Shown piece after piece: positions 49,101 through 57,796 of a stretch of 64,000 nucleotides of DNA. Position numbers and translations under genes: made by a program. Below the pieces are notes generated by a model that saw only the letters and a program-made list of their open reading frames with translations, was not told the DNA's origin and searched no databases. The stretch comes from Candidatus Omnitrophota bacterium (lineage in GTDB: Bacteria; Omnitrophota; Gorgyraeia; Duberdicusellales; 4484-171). Each line of letters starts with the position of its first letter. Position 1 is the first letter of the stretch. Location of the stretch: positions 67,116 through 131,115 of the forward strand of contig JBDRAN010000028.1 of NCBI GenBank assembly GCA_043823745.1. The letters are read 5' to 3'.

Positions 49101-50017
49101 AGCTTGCCCACGCAGCGAATGAAAAGTCTGAATTGCAAAAACAACTCGTTCAATGCGCGGCTACCATGGGGGATAAGGCTAAAATCATTTCTGGCCTGAC
49201 AGAAGACTTTAAGCATTCCAGTATGCAGGTTAGAGAGTCAGAAATAAAAATGGCGCAGCTTCGGAGCGAACGTGCCGGCCTGCAGAATCAATTTACACAG
49301 ATTAATGATCTCCTGCAGCAAAAAATGAAAACCATCGTGACACTTCAGGCCCAATACAATGAGCTCGCTAAAAAGCAGGAGGCAATCGTTACGCAGTTTA
49401 ACAATAGCGAGATGGCGTTAGGAGTTTTACAATCAGAAAAAGTAACGCTTGACGGCCGCGTTAGGGATTACGAGCTTAAAGAGCAAGCATGGCTCGCGAA
49501 AAATGAGCAGCTGGCGGCTGCTATTGATATGAAGGAAAGAAATGTTAAAGATTTACTGACTCTGCAACAGAACTATGAGACGCAACTGCGCGACGTTCAG
49601 CGGCAGCAGGGTCAGCTGCAGGAAAAAAACACCCTTCTTTTTAAGGATAATAAGCTTCTGAAACAAAAAGTCGATCTCTATGCCGGCAGGCTTTCAAAGA
49701 TGGCGGTGCTTAAAGACCGGCTTTTAAAAGAAAACTCAGTCTTGCACTACAACCTCGGTGTTTTTTACCTGCAGCGGCAGGATTATAATGAGGCGATCGT
49801 TGAGTTTGAGAAGGTCCTGGAGCTTAGCCCCGATGACGCGGCTACCCATTATAATCTTGGGCTTGTCTATTCTGAATATCTCGATAATAAGCCAAAGGCG
49901 ATCGCGCATTTTAAGCGGTACCTTACGCTTGACCCCAAGGACAAAGATGCCGATCGCGCGCGTAAATATATTTTAACATGGGAAACGTGGCAGGATGAAC
50001 GGCCGGAAAGTCATTAA
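46175..50017 (+). CDS. Secreted very long coiled-coil repeat protein with C-terminal TPRs
   Basis: Signal peptide from the ATG at 46175; repeated QLAAYKxKExGWQQR; HYNLG TPRs; ends KYILTWETWQ. Confidence 0.85.
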   Translation: MKKIIVIFFVAMMVSVCGFARNGNGSPASVDDELSGLLDDFNSLKEELAAARDDYRNLTSEYMQASVDAQAQLAAAAAERAALSAQLAQAHAARETLKLRYEQAQSSIAEKEGFINETERARQKLANQLKDIEDKFSQTQASGDRARAQLQQTASDLTNKEKNLAEIENTRQQLNMNLKETEARLAQIVSEKAAIVTQLAAYKAKESGWQQRAGQLAGVIAEKEKAIINATGAANQVSVKLKDYEAKLAALESQKTVLEKRVQESQAREQALEAQAQQAGANLQGNEKTLNELTQAKQQLLVQAQELQSRLAATLQEKDKALAELATTREQLLAQTKELETKSAAVQSEKASLNSQLAAYKAKETGWQQRANQFAETIAEKEKAIADLAAAGKQASAKLKEYDEKIAGLESQKAALEAAAKGLQTQGQSARVQLEQTAAALQEKDKALVELTKAKEQFLVQIKELETKSAALQLDKTNLDGQLAAYKAKESGWQQRSQQLAMEAKDLEAKFSQVSSEKSALLPQLAAYKTKEAGWQQRSQQLTELVSEKEKGIAQLTQSENNNNNLIKEYEARITILNQQRMALETQIKNMKAKVDSFDAQLGQMVAAGQEKEREFAQLEHTRQQLVAQAKDLGSSLAQTLSEKTALTGQLNGYKIKEAGWQVRSQQLASDIADKEKTIEALTQTGTQTAATLRDYETKIVALESQRAALESKMQDAQTQQESLRVQFGEATRVLQGRDKALMELAKAKEQLLGQIKELEAKSGTLQIDKESLDGQLAAYKTKEAGWQQRAGQLAGVIAEKEKAIIQLSQEKTQILTQLRETREKYAQEVSAREALRKQFDELSEKEKALRAQTASEKGSLEAQLNAYTTKEAGWQVRSGQLSTAITDRDKNIAELKQTVYQNAIQLKDYEAQSAALQLEKAALATQFKELQLREQAAQMSTQQAVASLQEKEKTIAGLAQSHQITAIQLKGFEAQLAHAANEKSELQKQLVQCAATMGDKAKIISGLTEDFKHSSMQVRESEIKMAQLRSERAGLQNQFTQINDLLQQKMKTIVTLQAQYNELAKKQEAIVTQFNNSEMALGVLQSEKVTLDGRVRDYELKEQAWLAKNEQLAAAIDMKERNVKDLLTLQQNYETQLRDVQRQQGQLQEKNTLLFKDNKLLKQKVDLYAGRLSKMAVLKDRLLKENSVLHYNLGVFYLQRQDYNEAIVEFEKVLELSPDDAATHYNLGLVYSEYLDNKPKAIAHFKRYLTLDPKDKDADRARKYILTWETWQDERPESH

Positions 50018-50313
50018 CCCAAAAAATGCACGCTTCGCAGCCCCCTTCGGGGACGCTTCGCAGGCATTTTTTGCCCGAATACCCTGGCGGGTAGGCTGTC
50101 CTTTGCCTATACATCGCGAAAATCTCAACGATATTTTCACGATAGGCTGCAGGACGCCATTGGTGTCACCATAATGGGAGGTCGCGCACGGGCCGCCGCC
50201 GAAATTTCTAAGCCGAAGGCTACCCAGCAGGGTGTCCTGTTGGACTATGGGAATTTCGGGAAACGGCGGGGTATACCGGAAAAATGTTGAACCTTTCAAT
50301 TGCATTTTTCCGG
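50018..50313 (-). mobile_element. MITE-like element with terminal inverted repeats and flanking TTAA (copy 2)
   Basis: TTAA-CCCAAAAAATGCA ... TGCATTTTTCCGG-TTAA; homologous to 11499-11856. Confidence 0.8.
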
Positions 50314-50336
50314 TTAAGAGGGGAAAGTAATCGGCG

Positions 50337-52304
50337 ATGAAATTATTAAACACAATCAGGCGCGGGCGCATGTGTGTTTGCCTTGTAAACATTCTTGTCT
50401 TATCTGTGGTGTTGTTGCCGCTGGCACACGCCGCAGAAGAGGCGGTATCGATCATCGATGAGGCGGTCATAGAGGCAGTTCCTGGCGAGACCCTCGCCCA
50501 TGAGGCGGTTGCGTCACCGGCAAAACTCGAAGAAGAAGAGATAGCGGGAAAGGAGGATAAAGAAATAGCGGCGGCAGCCGAGGAAAGCGAAGAGGAAGCG
50601 CTGAAGCGCCTGCGCCAGAGCATGAGCGAGGATGAGCTTTTCAGCCAGCGCGTATCGCTTGATCTTCGTAATATCGATGTTCTTGAAGCGCTCAAATTCC
50701 TCTCGACAAAAAGCGGCCTTAATATCGTCCCCACGAAAAATGTTTCCGGCCGGGTCAGCCTTACGATCGAGGACGTCCCTTTTAAGGATGTGTTTGATCT
50801 CCTGCTGCGCTCAAACGGCCTCGCGTACACAAAAGTCGGGAAAATTTATTCGGTAATGACCGAGGCGGAATATAAAGCGTTGTACGGGAAAAATTTCTTT
50901 GACGTCCGGCAGGTTAAGGTTTTACGCTTGCAATACGCGATACCCGAGCAGGCATTTACGATGCTTGACGCGATAAAGAGCGACCTGGGGCGCGTTATCA
51001 CCGATAAAGAATCGGGCAATGTCATGATCATGGATACGCCCGAGCGTATCGTTCAGATGGAAGCGGCGCTGGCGGAATTTGAAAAGCGCAATATCGTGAG
51101 AGTTTTTTCCTTAAAATACGCGCGCGCCAAAGAGGTCGAGGAGATCCTGCGCAGCCGGCTTGACGCAAAGAGCGTCGGTTCAGTGAAGGCCGATGAGCGA
51201 AATAATCAAATTATTGTTCAGACGCTTGCCGATCGTATGGACGAAATTACGACCCTTATCGGGCGCCTTGACCGGACCACCAAGGAAGTGCTCATCGATA
51301 CGAAAATTATTAAAATAAAACTTTCGGATCAGTTGACCTCGGGCCTTGAATGGGAAGGGCTTTTTAATGTTCTGAAGAAATTCGGCGGGACCTATCTTGG
51401 CTCGTATCCCTACAGCGTCATGAATGCCGGCGTTACCACGCCCGCGTTTCAGACGCGCGTTAATCAACTGGACAGCACGGGAGGCAATGTCGGATACTAC
51501 CCGTTTAGCGGCACCACCCCAGCATTAAGTACCAGCACTAAAACTGTTGTCGGTAAAAACATGCACTTTGGCATGGTTTCCGAGGATCTTGATTTTGACC
51601 TCCTTCTTAATTATTTTAATACCATCGGTAAAACCCGGGTGCTGGCAAATCCTAAAATCATCGTGGTAAACAATCAGGAGGCAAAAATCCATATCGGCGA
51701 GCGCCAGGCCTACGTTACAACGACCACAACCACGGGGCAATCCACCAGCACTGTTTCCGAAGAGGTCCAGTTCGTGGATGTGGGCATACAGCTATCCGTA
51801 ACCCCCACGATCAATGACGATGGTTTTGTTACCATGAAGGTTAAGCCGGAAATTTCAAGCGTCAGTTCGATTTTAACGACACCGACGGGAAATAAGATCC
51901 CTATTATTGATACGTCGTTAACCGAAACCACGGTTATGGTCAAGGATGGAGTTACACTGCTCATCGGCGGCTTACGCAAAGAAGAAAAATTCCTTGATTC
52001 CACGCAAACCCCGTTTTTGGGTAGTCTTCCGTTCGTGGGGAACCTTTTTAAAAGCTCGACCGATAAGACAGACAGGACTGAGCTTCTGGTTATGATAACG
52101 CCGCATATCGTTGCCGGAAATGATTTTGAAGCCGGTGCGGCGCGTGAAATCGGCGATAAGCCGCCGAAAGATTACCGCCAATATCAGCCGATTACACCCG
52201 ATAAAACGTTGCTTCCCGCCGGAGCCACACAAGGCCCGGCGCTTGCGCCTAAGTCGTACCGTGATTATTTAAGTTTTAGCGAAAAAAAAGGCGAGGATGC
52301 GTAA
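50337..52304 (+). CDS. Secretin (GspD/PilQ family), copy 2
   Basis: Paralog of the 44133 gene; NNQEAKIHIGE, PFLGSLPFVGNLFK and ELLVMITP. Confidence 0.93.
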   Translation: MKLLNTIRRGRMCVCLVNILVLSVVLLPLAHAAEEAVSIIDEAVIEAVPGETLAHEAVASPAKLEEEEIAGKEDKEIAAAAEESEEEALKRLRQSMSEDELFSQRVSLDLRNIDVLEALKFLSTKSGLNIVPTKNVSGRVSLTIEDVPFKDVFDLLLRSNGLAYTKVGKIYSVMTEAEYKALYGKNFFDVRQVKVLRLQYAIPEQAFTMLDAIKSDLGRVITDKESGNVMIMDTPERIVQMEAALAEFEKRNIVRVFSLKYARAKEVEEILRSRLDAKSVGSVKADERNNQIIVQTLADRMDEITTLIGRLDRTTKEVLIDTKIIKIKLSDQLTSGLEWEGLFNVLKKFGGTYLGSYPYSVMNAGVTTPAFQTRVNQLDSTGGNVGYYPFSGTTPALSTSTKTVVGKNMHFGMVSEDLDFDLLLNYFNTIGKTRVLANPKIIVVNNQEAKIHIGERQAYVTTTTTTGQSTSTVSEEVQFVDVGIQLSVTPTINDDGFVTMKVKPEISSVSSILTTPTGNKIPIIDTSLTETTVMVKDGVTLLIGGLRKEEKFLDSTQTPFLGSLPFVGNLFKSSTDKTDRTELLVMITPHIVAGNDFEAGAAREIGDKPPKDYRQYQPITPDKTLLPAGATQGPALAPKSYRDYLSFSEKKGEDA

Positions 52305-53396
52305 ATGAAAATGCAGGCAGGATTTTTGAAGATCATCATTAACCGGAACGTTATCTTTTTTGTTGTTCCTCTTGCCGCGGCGCTCATGGCAGCGTCATAT
52401 TTTGCCCTGAAAGCTCATACATATTCCGCGCGGCTTCGCGCGCAAGGCGGAACGTATGAGAAATTCAACAAAGAAAACGTTGAACTGCGTGATGCGTATG
52501 TTACCATAAAAAATGATTACGAAAAGATAAAAAAAGACTACGACAACATCTCGGCTGACCGCGATAATCTTCTTATCCAGATAAAGAAAAATGTCGCTGA
52601 TGTAAACCGCCTAGCCGAGCTTGAGGCAGCAACCGGAGAATTTACTAAAGAAAAGGATGGGCTTGAAAGCGAAAAGCTGGCGCTTCTTAACCAGAATGCC
52701 GATTTAAAAGAAAAAATCGATAAACTCCAGGGTGTGTATAAGCAGGCGCTTGATGCGCGTGACGCGCTCAGCGAAGAGCTCGTGCGCGCAAAAGACGCTT
52801 CGGGAAAAATGGTCCTTGAGCAGCAGAATGCTGAGCTTACCAGGCGCCTGGCTGCCGCACAGGAGGAAAACGGGCGCCTGCAGAGCGCTCAATCGGCAAC
52901 GCTTAAGCAGGCGCTGGATACGGTCACCACGCTTAAAGCGAGCGACGCGCAGCTGCAGGATAAAGTTAAGGAATACCAGCTTCACGAGAAAGAGTTAACC
53001 AAGAAATACGCCGAGGCGGTTAAGAAAACAAAATCCTTTGAAGCCAAGGTCGCGCGAGACCCGGCAAAGTTTACGGAAATTGCGCGGCAGAATAAGGCGC
53101 TTATACGCGATACCTCCACCATGCATTACAACATGGGGGTATTTTACTTAAAACAAAAAGAATATTCGCGCGCGGTAGCGGAATTTGAAAAAGCGGTTGA
53201 GCTTACTCCGGACGACGCCTACGCGCATTTTAATTTAGGTTATATGTATGCCGAGTATCTGGTGAATCGTAAAAAAGCAGTGGAGCATTTCAGGCACTAC
53301 TTGCGCGTCGCAAAGAGTGACGATAAAGACGTCGATTGGGTCAAAAAATATATCCTTACATGGGAAACATGGCAGGCTCAACAGCCAATGAAATAA
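52305..53396 (+). CDS. Membrane-anchored coiled-coil protein with C-terminal TPRs
   Basis: TM helix, heptads, HYNMG/HFNLG TPRs; ends KYILTWETWQ like the 46175 gene. Confidence 0.85.
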   Translation: MKMQAGFLKIIINRNVIFFVVPLAAALMAASYFALKAHTYSARLRAQGGTYEKFNKENVELRDAYVTIKNDYEKIKKDYDNISADRDNLLIQIKKNVADVNRLAELEAATGEFTKEKDGLESEKLALLNQNADLKEKIDKLQGVYKQALDARDALSEELVRAKDASGKMVLEQQNAELTRRLAAAQEENGRLQSAQSATLKQALDTVTTLKASDAQLQDKVKEYQLHEKELTKKYAEAVKKTKSFEAKVARDPAKFTEIARQNKALIRDTSTMHYNMGVFYLKQKEYSRAVAEFEKAVELTPDDAYAHFNLGYMYAEYLVNRKKAVEHFRHYLRVAKSDDKDVDWVKKYILTWETWQAQQPMK

Positions 53397-54448
53397 AACA
53401 GTTCTTTGGAAAGCTGGCCGCCTGCATAAGCGCAGGGGTATTTTTTTTCTCTGTATCAGGCTGCGGAAACGGTGCGTCTGCGCCGGCATTGCCGGCGCAG
53501 GTAGCGGCAGGCGCCGGTAACGAATCGGTGCGTCAACCGGATGCCGCGGAGGCTTCGGCCGACAACAATGCTGACGGTTTTGTCGGAGAGATCTTCGGTG
53601 AAAAGGTTCCGATAAACAATTATTATTTTGTGCGCGGTGTGATCGCGGTGTTCGGCAATAAGTTTGGCGCGCCGCCAAACACAAAAGAAGACCTTGAAAG
53701 TGCGATTTGGGATCAGCTCCTGTTGTCTCTGGTGGCGTTCAGCCAGAATATCAGCGTCACGCAAGAAGAAATTGACGCCGAGATAACCAGAACGCTTGCC
53801 GCGGAGCACACGGCCTTCGACCGCGTTAGCGATCCCGAAAATTACCATGAGTGGCTGCAGAAAAAAGCTGGCCTGACTCCGGAGCTTTTTGAAAATCAGA
53901 TCAGATATCTCCTGCAGCTTCAGAAACTTAAAAATCATGTTATCGACACCGTTGTTGCTCCAAGGATTACAGTAAGCGACGAGGAAGCCTACGAGGCTTT
54001 TTTACGCGAGCATAACACACTTGCGCTTGAACTTGTGCAGTTTAAGGCGCAAGAAGAGGCTGGTGCGTTCTATAAGAAAGTTGCAGGCCGTTCACGCTCC
54101 TGGGATCGGGAAAAGACGCGGTATGAAAAGGATGTACGTAAGCCGGGGTTTGTGTCGCTCGAATTTCTAATCGATCTTTGGGGAATACCTGCCGACGCTG
54201 CGTTTGCAATGGTGACGCGGTCTATCGGGGATATCTATCCGCCCCGGCCGGTCTATAAAGGATATGCGGTGTTTAAAATTCTCCAGACGCGCCAGGCAGA
54301 TACGTCGCTTTTTCCCGGAGCAAAAGAAAACTATAGGGAAAAAGTAAAGGCAAAGAAGAAAGTTTCAGGCTTTGCGAATTGGTTTGTAGGGCTTAAAAAC
54401 GCGGCCCAGATAAAAATATATGGCGAAGTACGAGATAATGTGCGATAA
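53336..54448 (+). CDS. SurA/PrsA-like chaperone, possible lipoprotein (start uncertain)
   Basis: Lipobox-like VSGC; ISVTQEEIDAEI, VSDEEA and LKNAAQIKIY resemble SurA N- and C-domains. Confidence 0.6.
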   Translation: MGQKIYPYMGNMAGSTANEIKQFFGKLAACISAGVFFFSVSGCGNGASAPALPAQVAAGAGNESVRQPDAAEASADNNADGFVGEIFGEKVPINNYYFVRGVIAVFGNKFGAPPNTKEDLESAIWDQLLLSLVAFSQNISVTQEEIDAEITRTLAAEHTAFDRVSDPENYHEWLQKKAGLTPELFENQIRYLLQLQKLKNHVIDTVVAPRITVSDEEAYEAFLREHNTLALELVQFKAQEEAGAFYKKVAGRSRSWDREKTRYEKDVRKPGFVSLEFLIDLWGIPADAAFAMVTRSIGDIYPPRPVYKGYAVFKILQTRQADTSLFPGAKENYREKVKAKKKVSGFANWFVGLKNAAQIKIYGEVRDNVR

Positions 54449-54492
54449 TAGCAACTAATATGTTTTGTATCGGGAGAAAGAAGGAGGGCATC

Positions 54493-54999
54493 ATGAAGAG
54501 AATGGTTGTTCCCTTGGCGGTTTTATTTTTTGTAGCAGCCTGCGGCGTGAGCTTTGCGGCTGACAAGAAAAGAGTAGCAGCGCGCATGGGGTTATCCGAA
54601 CAGCAGCGGGTAGCGATTGCGGAGGATGCCACCGCGGCTATGACCGCTCAGGCGTGGACTATTTATCTGACTCAGCAGAACGTCGCGAGACCCAGCGTGC
54701 AGACCGACACACTCACCTTTACTTCTATGACCGTTGCTTCAACGAATCTTGTTGCCAAAGGCTATAATGTTTCTAGCTACGCGCTTAAAATAAACGATGA
54801 TGGTGGCGCGGTATGGGAAACAGTCCAGCGCAACGCGGATGACGATCTGGCGCTCTGGCGCGGCGAGTACCGGGAAGACGGGATTAACGGCGTTGTAACG
54901 ATGCGTTCAAAATCAGGCGCAACCGTGATGTATAATTTCTCAAGCGCAATGCCGGCGCTTAAGGAAGTTGGTGAGTCCGCGCCGCCAAAGAAGAAATAG
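54493..54999 (+). CDS. Hypothetical secreted protein
   Basis: RBS aaggagg; signal peptide ending SFA. Confidence 0.75.
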   Translation: MKRMVVPLAVLFFVAACGVSFAADKKRVAARMGLSEQQRVAIAEDATAAMTAQAWTIYLTQQNVARPSVQTDTLTFTSMTVASTNLVAKGYNVSSYALKINDDGGAVWETVQRNADDDLALWRGEYREDGINGVVTMRSKSGATVMYNFSSAMPALKEVGESAPPKKK

Positions 55000-55496
55000 T
55001 ATTTTCGGGAGGTGTTCAGGCGCATCAGAAGAGTTCAGAGCGTCGGGGTTTTTTGTATTCTATATATAGGTAAGAAGATGGCTCCTTTGTTAGCATTGGT
55101 AGCTATGGGTGAGACGTGCATAAGAAGAGTCTTTATACATCCCAGGGTTGTTTATGGAACCCTGGGATATTTTATTAATGAGCGCATTCTTTTTTCAAGC
55201 GACCGAAAGGGAGCGTAGAAAAAAGAATAGTGCGAATTATCTAATGAAGCTTGTCACGATGTAATCGTGACTTAGCTAAATTATCCTCGAAGGGGACAAG
55301 AAGCCTTTCGGTAAACTTTCGCCGGTTCCTGCCAAGAAAGTTTACCGATACCAAGAGGCAAGGGGTAATGAGACTTAGATTTTCGCGAGAGTAATGCGTA
55401 GTGAAAATCTGTAGGTGGATTATCCTGAAACCTAATTTCAACGCGGGTTTGGAAAAGGCTGGTTATTGATTGGCAAGAATAAGGAAATTATAATTT

Positions 55497-55907
55497 ATGG
55501 AGATAAAAAAGGTTCTCAGAGAGTTTAAAGTAATGACGAGGGAGCTTTATGGCCGGAGACTAAAAGAGATAATCCTTTACGGCTCCTGGGCGAGGAATGA
55601 GGCAACGCAAGACTTGGATATAGATTTGTTGATTATTCTTAAAGGAAAGGTTACCCCAGGTAGAGAGATAGATAAAATGATAGATATAATTACAGAGTTA
55701 AATTTGAAATATGGAGTGCTTTTAGCGGTTTATCCCGTTAGAAAATACCCTGTGGCTTGCTACAGGGTTCTTCCAAATTTTACGAACACGGGGTCTAATA
55801 CCCCGTGTGAGTTTTCTAACGGGATTTATCCGGTTTCTGAGGAAGAGCACTCTTTTTTTAAAAGCCCCCTGCTGATGAATGTACGAAGAGAGGGGGTGCC
55901 GGCATGA
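55497..55907 (+). CDS. Minimal nucleotidyltransferase (MNT) antitoxin-like, with an in-frame 96-bp insertion
   Basis: LYGSWAR...DIDLL; C-terminus SPLLMNVRREGV. Confidence 0.85.
   Translation: MEIKKVLREFKVMTRELYGRRLKEIILYGSWARNEATQDLDIDLLIILKGKVTPGREIDKMIDIITELNLKYGVLLAVYPVRKYPVACYRVLPNFTNTGSNTPCEFSNGIYPVSEEEHSFFKSPLLMNVRREGVPA
55732..55825. mobile_element. Miniature palindromic insertion with 14-bp perfect terminal inverted repeats
   Basis: atcccgttagaaaa / ttttctaacgggat; tttatcc occurs on both sides, 96 bp apart; two internal hairpins. Confidence 0.85.
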
Positions 55908-56008
55908 AAAGGAAGGGAGCCGCACCGTTCATTAAAAGGGCGGAGAGATATCTTAAGAGTGCCCGGTTGCTCCTCAAAGAGGGCGACTACGAATCTTGTG
56001 TATCGAGG

Positions 56009-56212
56009 GTTCGATTTGGTTTTGAATATATAGAATCATTGCTGATGGCTTCGGGCAGAAAAATAATAGTAGTCGATAACACCGAGATGAAAGATGATTT
56101 AGTTCAGGATATGATTGATGTATTAACCAGTTTCTGCGCAAGATTATATGGCCGGCGTTCAGCGAAAAACCGGGCGAAAAAAGCCATACAGGCGATAGAT
56201 AATGCTGATTAA
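56009..56212 (+). pseudogene. tnpA: C-terminal fragment of IS607 serine-recombinase TnpA, fused in frame to the HEPN N-terminus
   Basis: RFGFEYIE...DDLVQDMIDVLTSFCARLYGRRS is the typical IS607 TnpA C-terminus. Confidence 0.85.
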
Positions 56213-57436
56213 CCAAGCCTATAGATACGAATTGAAGCCCAACAATAAACAAAAGACGTTGTTGGCAAAACACGCCGGCGTCGCCCGGTTTGCTTATAAT
56301 TGGGGCCTGGTCCGGCGAAAAGAGTTATACGAAAAAACGAAGGGAAGTACAACCGCCGTAAACCAGCACCGGGAATTGAATAAGCTGAAAAAAAGTGAAT
56401 TTCCCTGGATGTACGAAGTATCAAAATGCGCGCCGCAGGAAGCTTTAAGGGATTTACATCAAGCTTACCAGAATTTTTTCCGTGAGCTTAAAAAAGGCAA
56501 GAAAACAGGATTTCCCAAATTCAAAAAGAAAGACATGCATGATTCATTCCGTCTGACCGGCGCAATTGGGGCGACAGACAATACTGTACAGCTTCCCCGG
56601 CTGGGGAAAATCCGCGCAAAAGAAAGAATTGATTTAAAAGGAAGAATACTATCGGCTGCAATCAGTAAAGAGGCTGACCGGTGGTATGTAAGTTTTGCCG
56701 TAGAGAGAGATAGGAAGATAGCGGTTAATAATAACGGGGAAGCGGTGGGCATAGACCTCGGGTTGGAAAACTTCGCGGTTTTATCAGACAGCAGTCAGAT
56801 ACCTAATCCCATGTTCTATAAAAAATCATTGCGATTATTGCGGCGGAGCTGCAAGCAGCTTACCCGTAAACAAAAAAGCTCCTATAATCGCAAGAAAGCC
56901 ATAATTAAACTGAGCCGTTTACATCGCCGCGTCCGGAATAAACGGTTTGACTTTTTACATAAAGCGAGCACAGAGTTGGCGAAAACCAAGTCAATGATTG
57001 TGGTGGAAAGCTTAAATGTAAAAGGGATGGTAAAAAACCGTTGTCTAAGCGGCGCTATCAGCGATGTTGGTTGGGGCATGTTCAAAGCCATGTTGAGATA
57101 TAAGGCTTCCTGGTATGGTTCAAAACTGATAGAAGCGCCGGACTTTTTCCCTTCATCGCGGATATGCAGTAACTGCGGCACTTATAATGCCGCTTTAGAA
57201 CTAAGTGACCGCGTATTTGAGTGTCCGGGATGCGGATTGCGAATCAACCGCGATTTAAACGCGGCGGTTAATTTAAAGAAGTATACTACCGCAAGTTCTG
57301 CGGGAAGTTACGCCTGTAGAGATACCTCTGGCGGCGGAATTCCGATAAAACGGGAGTCTACGAGTCATGTATCGCTGAAGCAGGAAGCAGACGCCAAATC
57401 TTCCTCGGGAATATTTGGGTAAGTTCTGTGGAACGG
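56010..57436 (+). mobile_element. 5'-truncated IS607-family element (partial tnpA + tnpB)
   Basis: TnpA C-terminal half overlaps tnpB; right end ...aagttctgtggaacGG; GGTT at both junctions. Confidence 0.85.
56202..57422 (+). CDS. tnpB: RNA-guided endonuclease TnpB
   Basis: N-terminal HTH; RuvC GIDLG, VVESL and RDLNAA; Zn finger CSNC/CPGC. Confidence 0.95.
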   Translation: MLINQAYRYELKPNNKQKTLLAKHAGVARFAYNWGLVRRKELYEKTKGSTTAVNQHRELNKLKKSEFPWMYEVSKCAPQEALRDLHQAYQNFFRELKKGKKTGFPKFKKKDMHDSFRLTGAIGATDNTVQLPRLGKIRAKERIDLKGRILSAAISKEADRWYVSFAVERDRKIAVNNNGEAVGIDLGLENFAVLSDSSQIPNPMFYKKSLRLLRRSCKQLTRKQKSSYNRKKAIIKLSRLHRRVRNKRFDFLHKASTELAKTKSMIVVESLNVKGMVKNRCLSGAISDVGWGMFKAMLRYKASWYGSKLIEAPDFFPSSRICSNCGTYNAALELSDRVFECPGCGLRINRDLNAAVNLKKYTTASSAGSYACRDTSGGGIPIKRESTSHVSLKQEADAKSSSGIFG

Positions 57437-57796
57437 TTTACTACGCTATGTTTTATGCGACAGAAGCGGTATTGCTTACGAAAAATTTGTCATTCTCTTC
57501 TCACAAAGCGGTGATTTCCGCCTTTGGAGAGCACTTTGTCAAAACTGGATTTTTTCCAAAGATATGGGCAGAGAACTTAACCGGGCGTTTGAGAAAAAAC
57601 AATTAGGGGATTATAGCGCTGCTTTTGTAATCTCTCAAGAGGAAGCCAGAGAATTACTTGAAGAAGGTAATGAATTTATACGTAAGATTACCCAACATTT
57701 AAAAGAGCTCGGAGCATAGCTACATTCTCATTAAAGGCCTACTATGCCGTATCCCATCGTTCCGCGGCTGCGTGTTAAAACGGGAGCAGTTAAGAA

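Larger units (their letters stand above)
55904..57719 (+). pseudogene. HEPN-domain gene split by an IS607 derivative and frameshifted
   Basis: The N-part ...GDYESCVSR(V) resumes at 57439 as YYAMFYA...SHKAVISAF. After a frameshift near 57560 it continues [18 protein letters not shown]...ELGA*. Confidence 0.85.

Noticed and set aside
49973-50830. 285-aa minus-strand ORF
   Set aside because: It is antisense to secretin 2 and runs through the MITE; Ser-rich shadow.
55904-56212. 102-aa ORF as a genuine novel protein
   Set aside because: It is a chimera of a HEPN N-terminus and a TnpA C-terminus.
56010-57436. IS607 element as an IStron (group I intron fusion)
   Set aside because: There is no intron sequence at the left; the element starts inside tnpA, and the host gene is also frameshifted.
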